Positions 54,108-64,000 of a DNA stretch of 64,000 nt are shown one piece after another. Positions within the stretch are counted from its first letter, which is position 1; each line of letters opens with the position of its first letter. Origin of the DNA: Octopus sinensis (lineage: Eukaryota); NCBI RefSeq assembly GCF_006345805.1, contig NC_042998.1, positions 184,636,001 through 184,700,000 of the forward strand, given 5' to 3'. The notes beneath the pieces are model-generated. The model searched no databases. It was not told the origin of the DNA and saw only the letters and a program-made list of their open reading frames with translations. Made by a program: the position numbers and the translations under genes.

Positions 54108-55300
54108 TTGAGGAACAGGAGCCTAATCGACAGGATATGAAATATATTTTACTCAATCATTCATTGGTGATCGTGTCTGTTGGGATTTTAATAAGATTTC
54201 GTATTTCAAATACATGCACACACATGAATACACAAATACACGCACATACACACACATACACATACATACACACGGGTACAATATCAGCCTCACTTTCTCG
54301 TTTTTGACATCCTGAACCAGTAGCAAGGTGGGCCTAAGCAACTGGGGGTATACCAGTGGTGCAGCGGGGTAAGCAGTGGGGACTACACGTTTCTTTGTTC
54401 TTTGGGGAAAGCGTCATACCGTGAAATGATTGGATATCGTGTTTTTGCCTGTTGAAGTTGATAACTGATGGCTGGGTTTCTCTGCACAATCTGCCAGAAA
54501 TCCGATCTGCAAAATGCGTCGGATGACACGACCTAAAAGAATTTCACCGAAGGTTTCAACCTCTCGGGTGCACACGACTCGGTTTAACCAACATGTCAAC
54601 AATTCTGTTGCGCAGCAGGTAGAGCACAGCTGCATTCAGACAGATCGAGGAACCAAGGGTATGAGCTAGGTTCGAGGTGAGAGCCAGTGGTTGTAATGTT
54701 CTCCTCAAAAGGACCATTACTCTTGTCCTTCTCGAACTGCCTGCATGTAGCAGTGGGTCACCTGCTGCGTAACAGAATTGTCGACATGCTGGTTAAACTA
54801 AATCGCGTGTATCCGAGAGCTTTAAACCTTCTACGAAAGTCTTTTAAGGCATGTCATCTTATGCATTTGAGGAACGGATTTCCGTAGACTGTTTGGTGAA
54901 ATCCAACCACCAGTTTTTAAATTTTATAGACAAAAACACGAAAGCCAATAATTTCTCAGCAGGACGCTTTCCCGAGAGCACGGAGAAGCACGAATCCCCC
55001 TCTGGTTATCCCGCTGCATCACTGGTATGCCTCCAGTTTCCTAGGCCCATTTTACCGCTGGTCCAGGGAGCCAGAGACGAGGAAGCGAGGCTGATATCAT
55101 GTCTGTATGTGTATGTGTGTGTGTTTTCTGTATGTGCGTATGTGTGTGTGTTCGGCGTGTTTTTAAAATACGATATCTTATTAAATCACCGCCGACATGT
55201 TCACCAATGAGTGATTATGTAAAATATATTTCATATTCTGTTGATTTCATGTTTGATACATTCAAAGCGATGTTTTGACTGATTAGGCTTTTGTCCTTCA
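54108..55300. repeat. Long diverged foldback: ~550-bp arms, ~50-bp loop
   Basis: For example aattctgttgcgcagcaggt / acctgctgcgtaacagaatt; ataccagtggtgcagcggg / cccgctgcatcactggtat; atatgaaatatattttac / gtaaaatatatttcatat. Confidence 0.85.
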
Positions 55301-55504
55301 CATTTCCTGTGTTTTTTTTTTCACAGAACATTATTTCTTGTGTCAACGATTATACTACGTGACCAATCGTTTTGTGGTAGAACGCTTTACAGCTGCTGAA
55401 TTATAAACATTATGGGGCAACATAAGTTGCAAGAAAAATCCTTCTTGTATGGTGACTTGCAATTTGAGTTCCATATCTAGTTGTACTCATATATATATAT
55501 ATAT

Positions 55505-55728
55505 AGTCTTTATTGCCCACAACGGGTTAAACATAGAGGGGACAACCAAGGACAGACAAACGGAATAAGTCGGTTATATCGACCCCAGTGCGTAACTGGT
55601 ACTTATTTAATCGACCTCGAAAGGATGAAAGGTAAAGTTGACCTCGGCAGAATTTGAACTCAGAACGTAGCGGCAGACGAAATACCCCTAAGCATTTCAC
55701 CTGGCGTGCTAACGTTTCTGCCAGCTCA
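55505..55728 (-). mobile_element. SINE family 1
   Basis: Family consensus. Confidence 0.9.
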
Positions 55729-56477
55729 ACGCAGGAAGTTTTTCAATAGAATTCTAACCATAATTCTTAATTTTGCGTTGCTGAACACACACTATCCTTT
55801 TAACTGGGGGTTTTACTCCAAAATTTCTATCACAACATCATCTCATATATATATATTTATATAAACAACTTACACGCTATACGGTGCACGGCAGAATATT
55901 TGTCACTTCATTACTTTTATTCTGGTACAAATGTGCTCATAAGAAAGACCATGGATTGTAATAGCATTCTATATGTTGTTTAAAACGATACGAATTGCAA
56001 TCATCTTGTCGCTGAACAAATAAAAATTGTATAACTTTAGGTTATACATTTTTATTTGTAAAACAAATGCAAAACAACTGCGACCTGCAGCATTTTTCTA
56101 ACGCAGTTATGTCCTTTACTATTTTTCGAGTGAAATAAATCTATAGTAGATCTTACACAACTTGGTAAAAAGAGAAGAATTCTATATGGCCCAGATTTGG
56201 AAATAACCCAACGTATAGAAAAGGAATAAATAAATAAATAAGTTATAGCAGGAAAAGATTTTTCATGCGAAACATGTTCTCTCACGCCGCCATTTCCCCC
56301 ACCACTAACTTCAATAACCCCTAAAAATAAATATCTAAAACAACAAACTAACAATAAAATACTTCTTCTAAATTTACTACTACTACCATCAGGAGCGACA
56401 CCACCATTACCACCATCCCAATGACAAGCATTACTGCTGTTGCTGCTACTACTACTACTACTCGCAACGAAATAACG

Positions 56478-56478
<1 letters not shown>

Positions 56479-56533
<55 letters not shown>

Positions 56534-56554
56534 GTGATGATGATGATGATGATG

Positions 56555-56600
<46 letters not shown>

Positions 56601-56628
56601 TAACAGCAAAAATAATAATAGTAATAAA
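56479..56628. repeat. (AAT)n/(GAT)n trinucleotide microsatellite
   Basis: Directly visible; explains the poly-L/S ORF 56052-56687. Confidence 0.95.
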
Positions 56629-57571
56629 TAGATAAATAAAATAGAAACGGATATCAGTGTGGTTGGCTTTAAAAATGTAAGCATCAAATATTCAAAGAAG
56701 CCAAATGTGATTGTTAACGGGATACACGACTGAATAGATATTAAAAGGCATGTGGTGACGTTATAGCAGTTTTTTTTTAATATGTAGATTAATTTTTAAT
56801 GCTATTTTAGTTTTGTTTGTTTACACGCGCATTCATAACATATACATAAACACGCACAGATATTTATTTATAGTGCACTATACAACGTTTTGGGGAAATT
56901 TAAAATGTAAGGTATACCTTTTGATAAACCTAAAAGTTTAGTCTTGCAGTGAAAAGTAAATATAATGGCTATACTACAGGGTTTATCTCTCTGTTGACAG
57001 AAAACCTGAAATCGTTCTAACAGAGTAAGAATATTCAGCATCTGTCACCGGAGTGGTGATAGCTTACAACTACTTATAGTGTATTGAAACAGAACTCCGT
57101 TAAAACGGTTTATCTGATTTGCATAATAGTGCATTGGCTGACAACGTTGTTTAATTAATTTATTCAAAGTGATCGCCATAATGTTTCGGGTTAGTTTTAA
57201 TTGAGAAGTAAACAAATCGGTTATAACACAGCTATAGATTAAATTTTATGCTTATTAAAATGTATGCCATGTTTTTAAAGTTAACCAAACAAAAAAAAGA
57301 AAGAAAAGAAAAGAAAAATACAATGCAATGCATTATGAAATAATAAATCTATAGTGCCAATACATGTACTGTTGCACAAATTAGTCCGATCAGTTGAGCC
57401 GATTTATCTTAGTTTCTATACATTACCTATAAGCTACTAATTACTTCGCAAAAAGAAGATGGATATTCTTTGTTAGAAAAACTTCAAGATGGGCATCAAC
57501 TATTCTGCCCATGATGAAACTCAAATACTATATTTGTTAAAATGCATACTTTGAATTTTGTGTGCATACAA

Positions 57572-57630
<59 letters not shown>

Positions 57631-57670
57631 CATGTATGTATGTATATATACATGTATGTATGTATGTATG

Positions 57671-57717
<47 letters not shown>

Positions 57718-58614
57718 TATCTAGCTACACACATCCACACAAATGTACAAACCAGTGTACAACAAAGTACTGAATACATGAAGTATAATTTATTTATAAG
57801 CTCGAAAGCTGATAATTCCGTCGGCCCATAATCAAAGTTTACCTCAGGCAAAAGTCGTAAAAAGGAAAGATACACAGAAAAGCAAAAAGAAAATCTAGCA
57901 AACGACTGAAACAAAGAGAGAACTATGCTAAACTTGACGACCCATTGCAAAATGGCTGCGAATACGTAACATGATATTACTTTTAGCAACCATGCAGAGT
58001 TAAGCCAACTTATAGTCTGGTGTATAGGATAAAGTGTCTAGTGTAACGTCCTAGTGCAAAGATTTGCAGCGAGAATCGAACAATCTTGATACTTTGTGCA
58101 TTAATTACTACAACAGCTGATTGCTTTTTAAAACTGAAAAGTCTCGTTTACGACTGAGAAAGGTTTATGTTTTGACATTATATTTTAATTGAAAATGGTA
58201 AGCTGTCGCTTGTAATAAAATATGCACCGCAGTGTCCTAGAGCTTAACCTAGTAATTACAAAAACTTCTAAGTTACACGTAACCAATTTCACATACATTT
58301 GTGTGTGTGTGAGTGAGTGTAGGTTTGTGTGTTAGTGTGTGCGTGTATGTGTGTGTGTGTCTGTGTGTCTGTATTTCTGTTTGTGTGTGTATATGTATGG
58401 ATATATGGACATACACACATACAATCATAGAAATATGCATATATGTAGATATGTATATGTATGCACATATGCATATATGTAGGCATGCATTTACATATGT
58501 ATATTCAAGTATATGTTATATATAAATATATATATATTTACACACGTATGCACATGCATGCACACAAATACGCTCACACACATAGTCAACTTATGAACTT
58601 TTCAGCCCATATAT

Positions 58615-58645
<31 letters not shown>

Positions 58646-58719
58646 TATAAGAGGTAATGGTGTCATTAAGACCCAAAGGATTTACAACTTCAATATCCCT
58701 ACATATCTCACATCTATTT

Positions 58720-58756
<37 letters not shown>

Positions 58757-59537
58757 TTATACGATAAGTATATTTTTTCTCTAGCATTGATACGACTCTT
58801 AATCTGTCTCTTTCTCTCTCTCTCTCTCCTCCCTTATTCCCCTTCCTTTCTTTCCCTCTCCATCCGTCTTCCCCCCCTTCTACGTTTCTCCATCTCTCTC
58901 ACCTCCAGCCCCCTCGATCTGTCTCTTTCTTCTCCTCCCTCGTCCACCTTCTCTCTCTTTTCATCTGTCCCTTTCTCCTGTCTTTTGTTCTCACGTGACC
59001 GCTAGCCGCTGTTGAGCGCTCTTTTCGTTCCAGCAGTCGCAGAAGCAACACGTATTTGTTCGTCTCCCTGCGGCCTTTAGGCACAACTTCACAAGCCAGC
59101 CCCATACTCACTCGTCCTGTCGAAAGACCCTTGTCCTACGTCCTGGTTTTGTTTTGTTGTTTATTTTTATTTTTACCGTATTGTTTTTACGTTTTTGAAT
59201 TCTTATTGGTGTCACGTATTCTGTATTTTTGTTCGTGTACTTCGTTCGTTTCCGTCTTCGTGTTGTATACATTCGAAGCTTTCTTCCAGGGGATCTAATG
59301 CGCTTGGCTTAGATTTCCCTTGGCGGGCTGGCCATATCGGAGCAATCTCAAGATTAATCAGCCGAAATTGCTAAGATGATCTGGTTCTTGACTGATGACT
59401 GAGGGCTTCGAATGTCCCGTCCTGTGGTTCTTGTGTCGTCTCTGTGGTGTTTCATGTTCTTGTCCATGTCTGTAATTATTTTTACTGTTTACCTATATAT
59501 ATATATATATACATATACATATACATATATATATGTA

Positions 59538-60818
59538 TAAGAGGATGACCTGAAACGTTCATAGGCTAACTAAGAAGGAGAGATGCTAGAGTTGTGAAAT
59601 CTTGCATTCATCAATTTCAAACTCTACTTATGAATACCTGCATTGTTTCTTTCCCGCTAAACAGACATCTGACTGTTCAAAGACTTCAAAAGTAGCTAGT
59701 AATGACTCCTCTTGAAAAGGGACAAAATATGGCATCGTAGTATTATCAGGTACCTGAAGCAAAAGGGTTTTGTCTCCAAGAACATTCACGCTGCCATGGT
59801 TGCTACAGTATGGGATGATGCTCCAGTTTTATCAACACTGCAAAAGTGATTTTGCAGTGTTGATAAAACTGAAGCATCATCAGCTGAATTTAAGAAGAGA
59901 AGGGAGAATCTTGAAAACGACACAAGGTCTGGACCGCCTGCAACTGTTACCGTCGAAGAAAACATTGGTTGTGTTCACCACATGGTTATAGATGACAAGT
60001 AATTTGTTATAAGTCAAATAGCCAATGCTATTAACATATGCCGTGAGAGAGTTGAGAATATTCTGCTCAATGAACTTGGCACGACAAACATTTCTGCTTG
60101 GTGGGTACCACGTCTTCTAACACTTGATCAAAATTGCACCAGGCTGATCAGATCACGAGAAAATCTGACATGTTTGAAGCAGATCCAGCTGGCTTCCTCG
60201 AACGTTTCGCAACCCAAGATAAGTGCTAGTTCCATCAATTTGAGCTAGGGACAAAGAGAAAATCCATGCAGTGGAAACACCTCCCTTCACCTGCTCCGAA
60301 GAAGGTCAAGGTAGCTTCACCTGCAGAGAAGGTGATAGCCTGCGCTTTTTGGGATGCAAAAATACATTGCGTTTATTGACTTTCTTCGAAATGGCCACAC
60401 CATTAACGAGGAGTATTATTTTCAAATTACTAAGGCAGTTACGAAAGACTCTCAAAGCCAAACACCTTAGAAAACTAATGAAAGTGTTCTTTCACCTAGA
60501 CAATGCTCCAGAGCACAAGTCCTTTGTTTCAATGGCTGCTGCGCGTGACAGTAGCTTTGAAATAGTTGATCCCTTTCCGATTCTCCTGATTTAGCCCCAT
60601 CTGACAGGGAAGCAGTATTGCAATGGCGATGACGTCATAACTGGTGTTGTCGTCTTCTTTGTCGAATAGGATGAAAGCTTTCTCACCAATGAGAGCCAAG
60701 CACTGCAACACAGATGGGAAATGTTTGTGGACCGTAAAGGAGTCTATGCTGAAAATAAACCTCATTTGGTCACATGAGGGTATCTTGGTCAGTCTGAACT
60801 TTTCAGTCGTCCTTTGTA
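59538..60818 (+). mobile_element. Near full-length decayed mariner element (~1.28 kb)
   Basis: Degenerate TIRs in a TA context (gaggatgacctgaaacgttcataggctaactaaga / tcttggtcagtctgaacttttcagtcgtcctttg); motifs WVPRLLT, KSMQWKH..SPAPKKVK, FWDAK, FHLDNAPEH, PDLAPSD with stops and frameshifts. Confidence 0.9.
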
Positions 60819-61182
60819 TACACACACACACACACACATCGAGATAGGCATAAGACTGAGAAAGTAATTATATTAGATAGGTTTATTGATTTCAACTAAC
60901 AAGCTGCTTTCACTGAATTCAAATGTTCATCGGAAACTGAACACACACATACATATATATGAATGCGTGTTTGCGTGAGTGAGTGTGTATCTAAGCGTGT
61001 ACTTCTGTGTACATATGTTTGTTTCTATGTGTATAACAATAGCAATAATTATTTCTCAAAGTTCAAGAATGTATTTCGATGCTATTTGTGAAGAAGGAAA
61101 CAATAGAAAAATATTACCTAACAATATAACAAAATATCTTTTCCCGGACATAACGTGTTTCTTACAGTTGCATACACGTACG

Positions 61183-61213
<31 letters not shown>

Positions 61214-61769
61214 ACACACGCACACACACACATATACACATGTGTGTGTTTATATTTATACATGTAGATTTTGTCTAAAATAAGTGCCATAAAATATGCA
61301 CCAGTTGAACACTGGCGGTCGAGTTAATCGACTTATTCCCTCCTGTAAAATTTGAAATCAATACGTATACCTTGGTGGCTTTTCTGTTACTATGCCGTTT
61401 GCTAAATGATACTTTATTATACCATTGCTCTAGACTCTTCTATCAAGCCCTTTGGTAAACTTTGCAGTGAAAACAACTCTTGTATTTGAAAAATATATAT
61501 TCTTCTAAACTCCGATTTGTTGTTTAATTATTAATTCCAGAATAAGTAGAGCACTTTGATGTAAAGACTTTTACACCCATAAATCCGTATTTGAATTTCT
61601 CGACATTTCGGCTTAGTTCATAATATACCTCAGTTTGCTTTGCGTTAGTTACGAGGCTACATAAACAAATATACTTAGAACACTGTTCTTTATTCTGTGG
61701 CCTGCTGAAGAAGACAACATCTGTGAGTAGACACACACAAACACACACACGCACGCACACACACACACA

Positions 61770-61820
<51 letters not shown>

Positions 61821-62451
61821 AGAAATATGATTATGTCCACGCGAATTCTCTCTCTATATTTATTTTAATATCTATACTGCATTTGATATTTTTGTTGTCA
61901 TCTCGTCAACCATGTCTGTGAGCGTGAGTGTATGTGTGCGTGAGTGTATGTGTGTGTGTGTGTGTGGTGTGCGCACGTGTGTTCGTATGTATTTGTGTAT
62001 GTATTTGAGTGTGCGCGTGAGACGTGCTCGTTTATCGAGAGGTGTTAGTAGTGTACACTTGTATGCGTATGAGTGTATATGTATTTTGTTGTTGTGTTTG
62101 CGAATACGCATGCCTCTGTCTATGCGTCTGTGTAAGCGTGTAAGCGGGGGAAATGTGTGTGTTGTCTACCTTCTCTAAGATGTAGACTTCAAAAAGATTT
62201 TGTGTGTTTCTAATTCCTTTCAAAACATTACAACTAATGAAAGGATTGGATTGCTTTCTCAGAAGAGGGCCTAAAACAACTTAATACATCGGTTTTCGTT
62301 AAGATCCATAATGTAGATCATATTTCATAGAACCTTTAAACACCCACCCCAAACAGCCACACATACACATGTATTTGTGTGTCTGTGCATGTGCATATAT
62401 ATATGTGTGTGTATATATATGTGTGTGTGTATGTATGTGTGTGTATGAAAG

Positions 62452-62683
62452 TATTTCTTTACTACCCACAAGGGGCTAAACACAGAGGGGACAAACAAGG
62501 ACAGACAAAAGGATTAAGTCGATTACATCGACCCCAGTGCGTAACTGGTACTTAATTTATCGACCCCGAGAGGATGAAAGGCAAAGTCAACCTCGGCGAA
62601 ATTTGAACTCAGAACGTAACAGCAGACGAATTATGGCTTCGCATTCGCCCAGCGTGCTAACGTTTCTGCCAGCTGGCCGCCTT
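62452..62683 (-). mobile_element. SINE family 1
   Basis: Family consensus; flanking direct repeat atgtgtgtgtatgaa. Confidence 0.9.
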
Positions 62684-62699
62684 CATGTGTGTGTATGAA

Positions 62700-62730
<31 letters not shown>

Positions 62731-62849
62731 GTATGTATGTGTGTATGTATGTATGCATGCATGTATGTATGTATGTATGTATGTATGTATGTGTATTTGT
62801 GTGCGTGCGTATATGTATGTATGTGTCTGTGAATGTATGTCTTTTGTGT

Positions 62850-63055
62850 CTTTTATCTTTTACTTGTTTCAGTCTATAGATTGCAGCCATATTGGAGCAC
62901 GGCCTTGAAGGGTTTCGTCGAAGAATTGGACCCCAGGACTTATTTCTTAAGTCTGTTACTGTTACTTTTATGTTGGTGATTTGCTAGGTTATGGCGACGT
63001 AAACAAACCATCACCGGCTGTCAAGCGGTGGTGGGAGACAAACAAACACAAAAAC
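62850..63055 (-). mobile_element. SINE family 2, 3' part
   Basis: ttttacttgtttcagtc...gcagccat.ttggagcac...gtcaagcggtggtggg. Confidence 0.75.
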
Positions 63056-63089
63056 AAAATATATATGTGTGTATGTGTGTGCGCGTGTT

Positions 63090-63127
<38 letters not shown>

Positions 63128-63426
63128 AGAGTGTGGGAGTGTGTGCACTTTTAGGCTCGGATGATACAAACCTACTGTAAGATTCGTCCTAGTCTGGACC
63201 AACCCGCTTTAGTCTCTGATATAGTAAACCTAATGCTTCTTTTTTTCCCCCCGATATGATTGTCAGTTGGGGTCTGAGGGAGATTTGTATGCTATTTCCG
63301 ACAGGTCGAGTAATCATACCAGGTCGCCTTCCTTCTCATATTTCACACACGTACGCAGATAACCATACGTAATTATATGTGTGTGTGAACGAGGGTCTAT
63401 ATTATATGTATGTGAGTGTGTGCATG

Positions 63427-63457
<31 letters not shown>

Positions 63458-63527
63458 CTGTGGATGTGTTTGTTTTCACTAGAATGAATAGTTAAAAACA
63501 GGAAATGCAAAACCAATATCAATAAAG

Positions 63528-63570
<43 letters not shown>

Positions 63571-63589
63571 AGGGAGAGAGAGAGAGAGA

Positions 63590-63637
<48 letters not shown>

Positions 63638-63879
63638 CTGATCGAGTAAAAAGAGGAAGTGAGAGAATATTGGTAATATTTGGTCAACGAATGTAATATC
63701 ATAGTGAAATGTATTTTTGTAGTTCTTAAATATTTGTTAATAAATAAAGTATATTTATAAACATTAATAAATTAGAAATTTTAGATATATGTTGCTGTTT
63801 GATTTTCATTATCAAATTCTAAAAATTTACGCACACGTACACAGATGCATGTATGTGTGTGCGAGCATATATATACATG

Positions 63880-63969
<90 letters not shown>

Positions 63970-64000
63970 TATATGTATATGTATATATATATATGTATTC

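Noticed and set aside
59385-59420. CTGATGA...CGAATGTC hammerhead candidate within a repeat-like block (58980-59492)
   Set aside because: GAAA is not intact and stems I and II cannot be assigned

Overview
AT-rich, microsatellite-saturated eukaryotic non-coding DNA with one 100-N scaffold gap (22819-22918). The repeat content (three abundant tRNA-derived SINE families plus very dense TA, TACA and CA microsatellites) looks like an octopus genome; this is an inference from memory, not a database result. I find no host protein-coding exon that I can support, and nearly all listed ORFs are microsatellite translations. Recognisable elements: many SINEs (several with target-site duplications, TSDs), two decayed Penelope-like (PLE) ORFs, mariner/Tc1 relics, a Mutator-like MITE (9-bp TSD), a hAT MITE (8-bp TSD), a non-autonomous Helitron, a CR1-type LINE end and a 1.2-kb foldback. 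The most notable signal is a set of short non-coding elements from several unrelated sequence families, embedded in (TA)n, each carrying a type I hammerhead ribozyme (HHR) motif. Most are head-to-head palindromes with a ribozyme on each strand and a tail on one arm only. One has a U3-A8 compensatory core, and one has copied flanking genomic DNA from both sides into its hairpin loop. Both PLE ORFs have TGA at a conserved cysteine position, which could be selenocysteine or simple decay. All folding and alignment was done by eye.
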